From: a virus
Taxonomy: Duplodnaviria > Caudoviricetes
Length of the DNA stretch: 64,000 bases
Direction: 5' to 3' (one strand)
Virus record (IMG/VR): IMGVR_UViG_3300026274_000001
Position 1 is the first letter of the stretch, and the number at the start of each line of letters is the position of its first letter. Below, piece after piece: positions 9,168 through 18,080 of this stretch. Under the pieces are notes generated by a model that worked only from the letters and a program-made list of their open reading frames with translations, searched no databases and was not told the DNA's origin. A program made the translations under genes and the position numbers.

Positions 9168-9406
9168 ACATAACGTATGATACCAACATCCCAGAATTCA
9201 ATTGGTGGGTAATTTGGCCTAACACTCATGCGTATTATGAGCAATACGAGTTCAATCGTAAAGTAAGAGCATGGGCCGAAGAACGTGAAATGCCATTTAG
9301 AGGGCGAAGCATTTACCATCTTGATACCACTAAGCGATACTTTGGATTCAAGACTGAATATGATGCATTAACTTTTATTTTGGTATGGTCGAGTGATTTG
9401 ATATGA
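9164..9406 (+). CDS. FKLxW-family protein
   Basis: GFKTEYDALTFILVW. Confidence 0.8.
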   Translation: MNITYDTNIPEFNWWVIWPNTHAYYEQYEFNRKVRAWAEEREMPFRGRSIYHLDTTKRYFGFKTEYDALTFILVWSSDLI

Positions 9407-9687
9407 GTTTAGAACTAGTAGAAACCCCCAACGAAGAATATTGGAAAGCTCGAGTATATTGGACACCTACGAAATATGATAGCTTCATGGCTGATAATGC
9501 CTATTCTACGTATTTGGCTAATCAAATACTTCTTCGAATGGAAGTGATTGATTGGTGTAAAGAACAAGAAGGCGATTCTATGATGTTACCAACCCTATGT
9601 GGTAATTCTGGCGTAGCGTTCACGAACATTGCTGATGCCACAGCATTTGCTTTGGTATGGTCAGCTAGAATATCAGAGACGGCGTAA
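9403..9687 (+). CDS. FKLxW-family protein
   Basis: DWCKEQ...AFTNIADATAFALVW. Confidence 0.8.
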   Translation: MSLELVETPNEEYWKARVYWTPTKYDSFMADNAYSTYLANQILLRMEVIDWCKEQEGDSMMLPTLCGNSGVAFTNIADATAFALVWSARISETA

Positions 9688-9770
9688 TAGCAGCAAAATT
9701 TACACCAGGTATTTGTTAAATTGGCAACATGCAGTAGAATATATTTCCACAAAAACAAAAAGAGACACAA

Positions 9771-9941
9771 ATGACGCAAGCATTAGCAGCAACTTTTTTC
9801 GATGAAATCTCCGGCGAATTGATGGTTGATGTGCCACAAGAGATCATGGACGAAGTGGGTATCACACCTGGTGATGTGATTGTTTGGAACATCGACGAAG
9901 ACGGTCGAGTTACTATTACGAAAAAGACCGAAGAAGAATAA
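9771..9941 (+). CDS. AbrB/MazE/SpoVT-like swapped-hairpin protein, 56 aa (below track cutoff)
   Basis: GELMVDVPQEIMDEVGITPGDVIVWNIDEDGRVTITK matches the AbrB pattern. Confidence 0.65.
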   Translation: MTQALAATFFDEISGELMVDVPQEIMDEVGITPGDVIVWNIDEDGRVTITKKTEEE

Positions 9942-9986
9942 AGTATGATGTTACCATATGAAATTATGGTAACCGGGGAGAACTGA

Positions 9987-10337
9987 ATGTTTAATCTGTT
10001 TCGCAAGAAGGAAGTACCGCAACCAGTCTTGAAGTCAAACTTTAAGAAGGGCGACTTCGTTTATGGCCCGGGTGACTATCCCCGTTTCCCAAAAATCGTG
10101 TACTCGATTATTACGAGTGGTCATGTTATGGCTGCCGAATTTATGGTCACACGTAATGCACAGCGTGGATTGAACGTTCAGTTTGTCAGAAATGTTTGCG
10201 AGGAACCTGATCGTTTGAGTATCAAGGAAAATGAAAAAGAGGTGGAAGACTTTCTCATTGCTTCGCAAAAGCATCACCTAGCAACTCATGAATTCATCGA
10301 AGACCTGCAGTTGCATGAATATGTAAACGCCGTATAA
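9987..10337 (+). CDS. Hypothetical protein
   Basis: GGGGAG RBS, 116 aa. Confidence 0.7.
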   Translation: MFNLFRKKEVPQPVLKSNFKKGDFVYGPGDYPRFPKIVYSIITSGHVMAAEFMVTRNAQRGLNVQFVRNVCEEPDRLSIKENEKEVEDFLIASQKHHLATHEFIEDLQLHEYVNAV

Positions 10338-10343
10338 AAACAA

Positions 10344-10372
10344 TTGACTAGCCGGTTGCCATTTAGTATATT
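10344..10372 (+). promoter_or_regulatory. sigma70-like promoter with TTGCCA box
   Basis: TTGACT-17nt-TATATT; TTGCCA in spacer, TGGCA twice downstream. Confidence 0.65.
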
Positions 10373-10402
10373 GGCATACTGGCAATTAGGGGAGGAGACA
10401 CC

Positions 10403-10594
10403 GTGGACCAAATTCTCGTAACGTGTGAACAGACGAAGAAGTCTCTCAAGGCGGACGTGCTTAGTAGTGGCAAGAACACTATGAAAGTGGCGATCGTGGG
10501 ATCAAACCTAGTGCTGGAGTTACACCGGCAGGGTAAAGTATTTGAAGGTCGAGCTGCCGGCCTGACCTTCGAGAGCAACGGGGATATTATTTAA
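10403..10594 (+). CDS. Hypothetical protein
   Basis: GGAGGAG RBS, GTG start, 63 aa. Confidence 0.7.
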   Translation: MDQILVTCEQTKKSLKADVLSSGKNTMKVAIVGSNLVLELHRQGKVFEGRAAGLTFESNGDII

Positions 10595-10766
10595 TACCCT
10601 TAGCCCCTTTGTTTCAATATGGCGTCGTTATATGAAAGCTGTTCGTGACACATTGATTTGTGTATTGATCATCTACGTGATGATTTGTTTAAGCGATCAG
10701 TTTACGATGGGCTTGAGTTACTTACAAATCAGTCTCGAAAACAATATTAATTGGTAAGGTTGTAAA

Positions 10767-11282
10767 ATGCAGAAACATGTTTTTTCAGATGGCGATGGGG
10801 TACTTGCAGACTTCGATACAGGTTTCGAGCAACGTTTCGGCGTCGGCATGAAAGGCCTCAAAGTAGAAGTCTGGCAAGACATGATTTTGCAAACTCAAGG
10901 TCAGTTCTTTGAAGAGCTGCCACTGATGCCCCAATGGGAATATTATTGGGGTTCGATCCTTCAGTATAAGCCACTTATACTGACGGGTTGTCCAAGAATC
11001 GGCTATGACTTGGCTGCTGAAGCCAAGTATGCTTATTACATGAAGCATTGTAACCCATCATATAGAGAGCTTCACGGCGAAGATATGACGATCATTACGT
11101 GTTTGAGTAAAGAGAAGCCAATTCACATGAAGGCACCGGGTGACATCCTGATTGACGATATGGTACATAACTTGAAAAAGTGGGAAAAGGCGGGTGGTAA
11201 AACCATCTACTTTAAGACTGCCAAACAAGCTATACATTTCTTCAAGCAGGCGATCGAAGAAGATCCGATCAAAGCTGCGTAA
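10767..11282 (+). CDS. HAD-superfamily 5'(3')-deoxyribonucleotidase-like protein
   Basis: DGDGVLADF motif I, ILIDD motif IV, WEKAGG. Confidence 0.8.
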   Translation: MQKHVFSDGDGVLADFDTGFEQRFGVGMKGLKVEVWQDMILQTQGQFFEELPLMPQWEYYWGSILQYKPLILTGCPRIGYDLAAEAKYAYYMKHCNPSYRELHGEDMTIITCLSKEKPIHMKAPGDILIDDMVHNLKKWEKAGGKTIYFKTAKQAIHFFKQAIEEDPIKAA

Positions 11283-11402
11283 ACCACATGCGCAAGCAAA
11301 TGAAGGGGAACGAAAGTTCCCCTTCACCATGAGTGGCAAGTAAATGTTGCAAATTGGCAAGCCATTCTGTATTCTGCTCCTATTAAGGAGTTTCCAGCAA
11401 TT

Positions 11403-12665
11403 ATGCAAATCATCCAAGAAGAAAAACTCGATTTCTCATCAGTGCTCATCCGTCCGGAAAGAAGTACTCTTGGTAGTCGAAAAGATGTGGTTCTCAGCCG
11501 CACATTCCAATTCAAACATACCAACGCCAAGTGGACCGGAGTGCCGATTATTGCGGCAAACATGGACACAACTGGCACTATTGAAATGTTTAAGGCATTG
11601 AGTCAACACACGATGTTGACTGCGCTACACAAGCATCACGATGCTCAGACTCTGGTCGATCATTATATGGCTGGTACAGACCCAGAAAAGGTTGTTCAAC
11701 ATTTTAATGAACAAGCCGAATGGGCGAATAAGTTTGGTGACGATGCTGATGGCAAAGCAGATCGAGAAGATGACGACGAGCGTGGTATCGAACGTCACGA
11801 ACCATATCTGCATGGGGTACAGCGCCAATTTATTCAAACATTGGCAAGTAAATTCAGCTTCTACAGTATGGGCATTACCAATACTGATATGGAGAAGTTC
11901 CGCAATCTATACACTCACCTAAGCAATCTTTGCTATAACTTTGATCCTTCTCACTCTCATGGCACAGCTCATCAGGCGCATCCTATTCGCATGGTTTGTG
12001 TTGATGTGGCAAATGGTTACACTGACACCTTCGACACGTTTATCAAACAACTGCGGAAAAACTACCCGCACTTGATTATTATGGCTGGTAATGTAGTTAC
12101 GGCCAACATGACTGAGCAATTGATCATGTCAGGTGCTGATATTGTCAAGGTTGGTATTGGTCCTGGTAGCGTGTGTACCACCCGTAAGATGACTGGCGTT
12201 GGCTATCCCCAACTGTCAGCAGTTATTGAATGTGCATCCGCTGCTCACGGCGTGGGTGGTTTGGTTTGTAGCGATGGTGGATGCACGGTTCCCGGTGACG
12301 TCGCCAAAGCTTTTGGCGGAGGTGCCGACTTTGTGATGCTAGGTGGTATGTTGGCAGGTACGACCGAAGCTGCAGGTGCCATAGTAACCGACGATGACGG
12401 CAATATGTTTAAAGAGTTCTATGGCATGAGTTCTGCTACTGCCATGGGGAAGTATGCTGGTGGTGTAGCGAAGTATCGTGCTAGTGAAGGAAAGACCGTA
12501 CAGATCCCCTACAAGGGTCCTGTAGACACTGTGGTGCAAGATGTATTGGGTGGATTGCGAAGCACCTGTACCTATGTGGGCGCAAGCAAGCTTAAAGAAC
12601 TAACAAAACGAACTACTTTCATTAAAGTAGCAAATCAAATTAACAATGTATTTGGCAAATCATGA
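11403..12665 (+). CDS. guaC: GMP reductase (with two insertions)
   Basis: [58 protein letters not shown]. Confidence 0.95.
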   Translation: MQIIQEEKLDFSSVLIRPERSTLGSRKDVVLSRTFQFKHTNAKWTGVPIIAANMDTTGTIEMFKALSQHTMLTALHKHHDAQTLVDHYMAGTDPEKVVQHFNEQAEWANKFGDDADGKADREDDDERGIERHEPYLHGVQRQFIQTLASKFSFYSMGITNTDMEKFRNLYTHLSNLCYNFDPSHSHGTAHQAHPIRMVCVDVANGYTDTFDTFIKQLRKNYPHLIIMAGNVVTANMTEQLIMSGADIVKVGIGPGSVCTTRKMTGVGYPQLSAVIECASAAHGVGGLVCSDGGCTVPGDVAKAFGGGADFVMLGGMLAGTTEAAGAIVTDDDGNMFKEFYGMSSATAMGKYAGGVAKYRASEGKTVQIPYKGPVDTVVQDVLGGLRSTCTYVGASKLKELTKRTTFIKVANQINNVFGKS

Positions 12666-13159
12666 AATTAAAGAAAATTCTCAAACTGTTTGACTACCGA
12701 ATTAGTGAAGGTAGCGAATTCATGTGGAAGTGTTTTGGTCCAAATGCTCGCTATTTGGATTTCATCAGTCCTGACTCCATTCAAAATTCAGTTAGCGTGG
12801 TATATGATACCCTGACAACTAAGATCTATGCGATGGATTTCTGTTGTGAAACTGTCGATGGCGTCTATAGTTGGGTTGATCCCAAGTATGAAGTCGCTCA
12901 CGCTCGTGAATGCAAGGAACATAACGTTGATCGGAGAAATCAATGTTTCAGTAAGCAGTCGTTTTTGACCATGGCAGTTGATGCTTATGCAGGTCGAACA
13001 CCTGATGTTGATTTGGCTTTGGATGTTGATCTTGATTTGGAGCCTAGTGTTGTTCACCAACTACACTTGATGGCTGCTGCGAAAGGTATTACATTTGATG
13101 AATTAGTTAACCTAGCGATCTCTCAAGAACTTGCAATCCTACAAAATAAGAAAGAATGA
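12662..13159 (+). CDS. Conserved phage hypothetical protein
   Basis: [20 protein letters not shown]-terminus; C-terminal [14 protein letters not shown] helix. Confidence 0.75.
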   Translation: MKLKKILKLFDYRISEGSEFMWKCFGPNARYLDFISPDSIQNSVSVVYDTLTTKIYAMDFCCETVDGVYSWVDPKYEVAHARECKEHNVDRRNQCFSKQSFLTMAVDAYAGRTPDVDLALDVDLDLEPSVVHQLHLMAAAKGITFDELVNLAISQELAILQNKKE

Positions 13160-13294
13160 ACAGAATCAAGTTACACGATGCGTTAATCGATGTATATGAA
13201 TATGCTCTGAATCATGACATGGAGTTTCAACTCCTTGTCTTAGTTACAGTGGTGTATGCTAGGTACTTCATCTAAGGCATCCCAAGTAGAAATG

Positions 13295-13323
13295 AAAAAA
13301 GCGACGCAATGCGTCGCTTTTTT
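13295..13323. terminator. Bidirectional intrinsic terminator
   Basis: AAAAAAGCGACGCA-A-TGCGTCGCTTTTTT between convergent genes. Confidence 0.8.
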
Positions 13324-13331
13324 GCCTAGAT

Positions 13332-13694
13332 TTAATGCTTCTTGAGATACACCACATAGCTGCCGCCGTTGCTTTGAACCCGAGAGTATCGAACATACTG
13401 GGACAATGCTGGGTTGTCTAACCAACCTTCAAATTCACGTCGGATCTGTCCGCTTTTGCCGGTGACGATCGTGATTGCATTTATGTGATAATTGAAAGCT
13501 CGAGCACACAGCTTGACGGTATGCTCAAATGCTTGTTGAACCGTCATACCATGTAAGTCGTAACCCAAGACTTCTTTTGGTGGGGAGGAATAGATGGGGC
13601 GATCTTTCATGGATATCGTTTGTTTGACATCCAGGGGCTGAACTCCCGCTACTGCTTGCTTCCACGCATCTTGATCTTCGTTGTTAGTGTCCAT
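13332..13694 (-). CDS. Smr-domain (SmrA/SmrB-like) endonuclease
   Basis: WKQAVAGVQPL N-terminus, DLHGMT, IVTGKSG, GGSYVVYLKK. Confidence 0.85.
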   Translation of the reverse strand: MDTNNEDQDAWKQAVAGVQPLDVKQTISMKDRPIYSSPPKEVLGYDLHGMTVQQAFEHTVKLCARAFNYHINAITIVTGKSGQIRREFEGWLDNPALSQYVRYSRVQSNGGSYVVYLKKH

Positions 13695-13864
13695 AATTTT
13701 TAGCCATAAAGAAAGCCCTATACTACAGGGCTTTCTCATTACTTGCTAATATCATCCATGGCTGCAGGTGTTGATGTCGTTAAAATATCACGCATTATAG
13801 ATGCAAACTTTGAACCAAAGTCAAACGTGCTATGAGCTTCGCCTGCTGCAATTATGACTATTGA

Positions 13865-14497
13865 TTATACTGTGATCGACTGGAATACTTGCGTGATAGC
13901 ACTGCCCGAGCTATCTTTAATAATAAAGCCTAAAGTATGGGTGCCAGAACTAAGTGTTAATGCAAAATTTGCTGGTGCACCATCCAGTACAGCGAAAGAT
14001 GTAATTGGTGTATTAATCACACTTCCATCAGTTACGTAACAAGTGTATTGTTTAGATGTGGTTGAACCAGAAACACTTATCAATGTTCCAGTATATTGGC
14101 CATTAGATAAATTGGTATTCGTAAGATACGCACCAGAGCTTGCGGTGAAAGTACTAGCAATGGAAGTTGCCGGATTATCCAGACTTAAAGTTACATTGAA
14201 CAGTTGACCAAGTGTTGGATAATAAGTATTTGGCAAAACCAATGTAACTTGACCGTCATTTACGTTGGTTTGTTGATATGTACCAACGCCATCTACGGAA
14301 AAAGTAAGAACACTAGCGTTAGTTCCAGTGTATTTTGAAAATTGTGCTGTAAAATTACCATTGAAATTCAAATATGGAACATTAATAGGTGGTGCAACTT
14401 CACCTACAATCGTAGTTAGCTTGACTACCATAGCTGCTAAGTCTTCAAGAGTAATGGATTGAGTGCTATTTGTTGGTATAACTGAAATATTAGCCAT
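13865..14497 (-). CDS. Putative virion (Ig-like) protein
   Basis: Ser/Thr/Asn-rich beta-strand pattern, LSSGTHTLGFIIKDSSG; adjacent to fibre-like gene. Confidence 0.6.
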   Translation of the reverse strand: MANISVIPTNSTQSITLEDLAAMVVKLTTIVGEVAPPINVPYLNFNGNFTAQFSKYTGTNASVLTFSVDGVGTYQQTNVNDGQVTLVLPNTYYPTLGQLFNVTLSLDNPATSIASTFTASSGAYLTNTNLSNGQYTGTLISVSGSTTSKQYTCYVTDGSVINTPITSFAVLDGAPANFALTLSSGTHTLGFIIKDSSGSAITQVFQSITV

Positions 14498-14580
14498 TTG
14501 TAATTTCCTGTATTAAATATTTTATTAATTTATGAAGGCATGGAAAGTGTTATGTTTTCCATGCCTTGTTTACTTACTAA

Positions 14581-15114
14581 TTACGTTGCTGACATCAAAC
14601 CCGCATTGATTAGCTTGGTCAACAATGCGTTGAAAGATCCTTGTGCTGATGCATCTGTCCAGCCTGAACCTTGTGACTGCAATGCTGCCATCTTAACAAC
14701 ACCTACTGTTGAAGTAGTTGCTGCTGGAGTTGCTGGAATAGCTGCGATAGCTGCTGCAACGAATGCTGTTGAAGCTGCGCCAGTTGTGCTGTTACCAAGA
14801 GTCAATGTTGGTACTGTTACTGTACCTGTGAATGTTGGTGATGCCAATGGTGCTGCACCAGTTACGTCAGCGATGGTCAGAACAACCGCACCTGAACGAC
14901 CAGCAACTGATGTAACACCAGATCCACCTGTTGGTGCTGTTGCTACGTATGCCAGTGATGCCCATGCTGTTGCGCCGTCACCAATCTTTGACTTGCCTGA
15001 GTCGGTTTCAACGCCGATTTCACCGTTTGCCAAAATTGTGTTTTCTGCTGTCCAATCTGCGGCTGTACCTGCACGACGCAGTGCTTGAACTCGATAAATG
15101 CCTGTAAGTGCCAT
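14581..15114 (-). CDS. Short tail-fibre-like virion protein (Mtd/hyaluronidase N-terminal-type motif)
   Basis: RRAGTAADWTAENTILANGEIGVETDSGKSKIGDGATAWASLAY; VTSVAGRSGAV; APLASPTFTG; GGAGA RBS. Confidence 0.75.
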   Translation of the reverse strand: MALTGIYRVQALRRAGTAADWTAENTILANGEIGVETDSGKSKIGDGATAWASLAYVATAPTGGSGVTSVAGRSGAVVLTIADVTGAAPLASPTFTGTVTVPTLTLGNSTTGAASTAFVAAAIAAIPATPAATTSTVGVVKMAALQSQGSGWTDASAQGSFNALLTKLINAGLMSAT

Positions 15115-15226
15115 TTTAAATCTCCGCATATTTGAGTAAAACCATTTTTACCCATACAATGCTTCTATTATTTACCTTTACTTAGCATATGGTAAAAAGA
15201 GGACTTTCCTCTGGTTTCAAAATACA

Positions 15227-15937
15227 ATGAAAACTAACGCATTTTTATATAAATGGACACAGCTTACCACTGGAAAATGGTATATAGGTTCAAGAACTAG
15301 AAAGGGTTGCCACCCAAATGATGGTTACTTGTGTTCTAGTAAAACAGTAAAACCGTTGATTGTATCCCATCCTGAAGAATGGAAAAGAGATATTCTGGTT
15401 GTTGGAAATCCGATTTATATTAGAGAAATAGAAACGACTTATTTGGTTAAGTTTGATGCGGCCAAGGATACTAATAGTTTTAATTTATCCAATTCTCATG
15501 GCAAATATTCTTTTACTGGACAAACTCATTCTGAAAAAACGAAATTAGCTATAAGTTTAGGTAATAAAGGAATAAAACGACCTGGTAGCGGTAATCGAAC
15601 CTCTAATAGAGGAAGTAGCGAAAATAGAGGAAATAAAAAATGTCACAAAGGCAAAAATAATCCTTGCTACGGTCGCACGGGCAAACTAAATCCGATGTTT
15701 AATAAAAAACATCCACCAGAAATGAAAAAGGTGCTATCCGATATCAAAATGGGTGGCAAGAATCCAAATTCTAAACGAGTACTAACACCCTTTGGCCATT
15801 ATGACACTCTGAAAGAAGCAGCACTTGCTTACAAAGTTTCGTCAAACACAATTAAGTATTGGATTACTACTAGTAGACTTGGATTCAGTTTTATAAATTT
15901 AGAAAAGAATAAAGAAGAACAGAGAAATGACAGATAA
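15227..15937 (+). CDS. Free-standing GIY-YIG homing endonuclease (Seg-like)
   Basis: FLYKW...WYIGSR, YLCSS; NUMOD3-like HSEKTKLAIS/GKNNP/NPMF repeats; C-terminal HTH. Confidence 0.85.
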   Translation: MKTNAFLYKWTQLTTGKWYIGSRTRKGCHPNDGYLCSSKTVKPLIVSHPEEWKRDILVVGNPIYIREIETTYLVKFDAAKDTNSFNLSNSHGKYSFTGQTHSEKTKLAISLGNKGIKRPGSGNRTSNRGSSENRGNKKCHKGKNNPCYGRTGKLNPMFNKKHPPEMKKVLSDIKMGGKNPNSKRVLTPFGHYDTLKEAALAYKVSSNTIKYWITTSRLGFSFINLEKNKEEQRNDR

Positions 15938-16697
15938 TACCAAGAAAACAGGTATGACAATTACAGTATCCGATGAATTGGTTGCTGACCTGAAGACCCT
16001 GCATGGCATTGATGCCGTTACCGAAATTGTTAATTCGGTAACATCAGAGCTTGAATTGGAATTAGAACAACCAAAAGAACCAGAACGTCGTGTGTTTTCT
16101 ATCGATGTTGGTAATATGACTCCTGAACAAGCCAAGGAAGCAATCACCGCAATTCAAAACAAATATGCCGCGCTTGATAGTGCATATAACCCCATGACTA
16201 TGGGCGAAGACTACTTTTTTGCACCTGCGCCAAAGAAGAAGTTTATGTCTACTAAGACATTTAATACTGATCGCGGATTGAGCTGCTGTTTCCGTCAATG
16301 GCGTGCCACCCATTCACATTGCTCAACACTGCACGGCTATTCAATCGGTGTGAAGTTTGTATTTGAATGTGAAGAACTGGACGAACGCAACTGGGTATTC
16401 GACTTTGGTGGTCTGAAGGATATTAAGAAATGGCTTGAGCATATGTTTGACCATACATGCTGTGTTGCAGAAGACGATCCATTGTTGGAACAATTTAAGG
16501 CATTTGCAGCAACTGGCGTTATGGACTTGCGGATTGTCCCAGGTGTAGGCTGTGAACGTTTTGCCGAAATGATTTTTGATCATGTCACTAAGGTGTTAGA
16601 TGATTCCCGCGATACTATGTTGAACAAGACTGCACGACTTAAGTCAGTCGAAGTCTTCGAACATGGTGCTAATTCGGCGATCGTTGAACGCGACTAA
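15927..16697 (+). CDS. queD: QueD (6-carboxy-tetrahydropterin synthase) with N-terminal capsid- and portal-like extension
   Basis: aa ~104-256: STKTF..RGLSCCFRQWRATHSHCSTLHGY, DFGGLK, FDH, GCERFAE, VFEHGANSA; aa 1-103 see findings. Confidence 0.85.
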   Translation: MTDNTKKTGMTITVSDELVADLKTLHGIDAVTEIVNSVTSELELELEQPKEPERRVFSIDVGNMTPEQAKEAITAIQNKYAALDSAYNPMTMGEDYFFAPAPKKKFMSTKTFNTDRGLSCCFRQWRATHSHCSTLHGYSIGVKFVFECEELDERNWVFDFGGLKDIKKWLEHMFDHTCCVAEDDPLLEQFKAFAATGVMDLRIVPGVGCERFAEMIFDHVTKVLDDSRDTMLNKTARLKSVEVFEHGANSAIVERD

Positions 16698-16710
16698 TTC
16701 CAAATAGTAC

Positions 16711-16743
16711 TTGACTGCCATACTAGATGAACCTAGTATGGCA
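16711..16743 (+). promoter_or_regulatory. sigma70-like promoter embedded in 11-bp inverted repeat
   Basis: TTGACT-17-TAGTAT; TGCCATACTAG-atgaac-CTAGTATGGCA. Confidence 0.7.
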
Positions 16744-16777
16744 TCGTTACACACAAACTAACTGAGGAGAAAACAAA

Positions 16778-17470
16778 ATGGGCTTTAGCCTTACTGCTTC
16801 ATCCGTAAACTCGGCAATGATCCGTGTTTACAACTATGTCTTTGCTGCTCTGGTTCTCACTGGTGCGGTTGCATTCGGCGTAGCAAGTCAGCCGGCGTTT
16901 CTGAAGGTGTTGATGACCGGCGCCGCACAGATCGGTCTGATCGTACTGACGTTTGTATTACTGTTCAGTATCTCGTCGGTCCGTGAGTCAGAAAACGCGG
17001 TTGCTGCGAAGGTGATGTTTGGTGCATTTGCTGTTGTATGGGGACTTTTGTTCTCTGGCATTTTCGCCGCATATACGACTGCAAGTATTTTCGCTGCTTT
17101 GTTCTCTGCTGCGGTATTATTCCTGACTATGTCCGGATACGGTTACTTCACCAAACGTGACATCACGTCGTTCGGTCAATACTTGTTTATTGGCTTGATT
17201 GCAATCATTATCGCAAGTGTCGTTAACTTGTTTGTCGGTAGCAATACTGCATCATTGGTGATTTCAGGTTTTACTATCCTGTTGTTTATCGGTATCACCG
17301 CATGGGATGCGCAAACGATTCGTGATTCTTTGATGGCAGCTGAATCGCAAGCCAATCTTGATTACGTTGTTGTCAACGGTGCGATGTCCCTGTACTTGGA
17401 CTTCTTGAACTTGTTCTTGAGTTTCCTGCGCTTTATGGGTGTTCCAGTTCCTTCGTCAAGTAACGATTGA
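16778..17470 (+). CDS. yccA: Bax inhibitor-1/YccA family membrane protein
   Basis: About 7 TM; YGYFTKRDITSFG, TAWDAQTIR, SLYLDFLNLFL; GAGGAG RBS. Confidence 0.9.
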   Translation: MGFSLTASSVNSAMIRVYNYVFAALVLTGAVAFGVASQPAFLKVLMTGAAQIGLIVLTFVLLFSISSVRESENAVAAKVMFGAFAVVWGLLFSGIFAAYTTASIFAALFSAAVLFLTMSGYGYFTKRDITSFGQYLFIGLIAIIIASVVNLFVGSNTASLVISGFTILLFIGITAWDAQTIRDSLMAAESQANLDYVVVNGAMSLYLDFLNLFLSFLRFMGVPVPSSSND

Positions 17471-17497
17471 TACAAAAGTAACACGGTAACAACTGGC

Positions 17498-17517
17498 ATG
17501 GCCCCCTAGGGGGCCAT
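17498..17517. terminator. Perfect 20-bp palindrome (probable terminator/processing hairpin)
   Basis: ATGGCCCCCTAGGGGGCCAT just after yccA; no clear U tract. Confidence 0.45.
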
Positions 17518-17750
17518 CATACCATTCAGCTACTGGGTACTGAACTAATATCACCAGAGTAACCATGAGGGTTTGCTGACTTCTAATATATTCCAATATG
17601 GCAACAAAAACTATTGCATAGTTGCCACATATCTGTAGAATACGATTTAAGGTGCAGACATGCACTAAGCAACTGGCAAGTAAGCGCTCCGCGGCCAAGT
17701 TGTATCCTAAAAAGTGAGCGTTAGCAGTAACTGAGTAATTTTTAAAACAA

Positions 17751-18038
17751 ATGGCAACAAAGCAATCTACCCGTAGTGATCTGGAAAACTTCCTGGCTGG
17801 TCTTGACCTCGCAAACAAGCCTGTCATCCATGTAAATGGTAAGGAACACCCAACCGCAGTAGTCGTAGTTGACTTCGGTTCACCCCTCACGCAAGTCAAA
17901 CTCTCCCCTGAGCAAAACCAAGAACTCGCAGGCAAGCTGCGCAAGTTCGCCCGTGAACTAGTCAACAAGGATGCAAACCTGCGCATCTCGTCGGACAACT
18001 ACTTGGGCTTGATCTTCTGGGCGTCATCAGCACACTAA
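17751..18038 (+). CDS. Hypothetical protein
   Basis: 95 aa, codon usage like highly expressed genes, followed by terminator-like hairpin at 18059-18082. Confidence 0.7.
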   Translation: MATKQSTRSDLENFLAGLDLANKPVIHVNGKEHPTAVVVVDFGSPLTQVKLSPEQNQELAGKLRKFARELVNKDANLRISSDNYLGLIFWASSAH

Positions 18039-18080
18039 GCTGAAGATAGCAACGATAAGAAACGCACTACGGTGCGTTTT

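Noticed and set aside
14540-15088. 182-aa plus-strand ORF
   Set aside because: Antisense shadow of the fibre-like gene, which has motifs and an RBS on the minus strand
15130-15940. Group I intron around the GIY-YIG gene
   Set aside because: Flanking genes are complete and divergent or overlapping; no split exon or recognisable core elements
17590-17630. sigma54 promoter reading of TGGCA...TTGCA
   Set aside because: GG-to-GC spacing is 14 nt here (12 at 60675), not the required 10
17456-17998. 180-aa minus-strand ORF
   Set aside because: Shadow of 17751..18038 plus intergenic DNA; no RBS or motif
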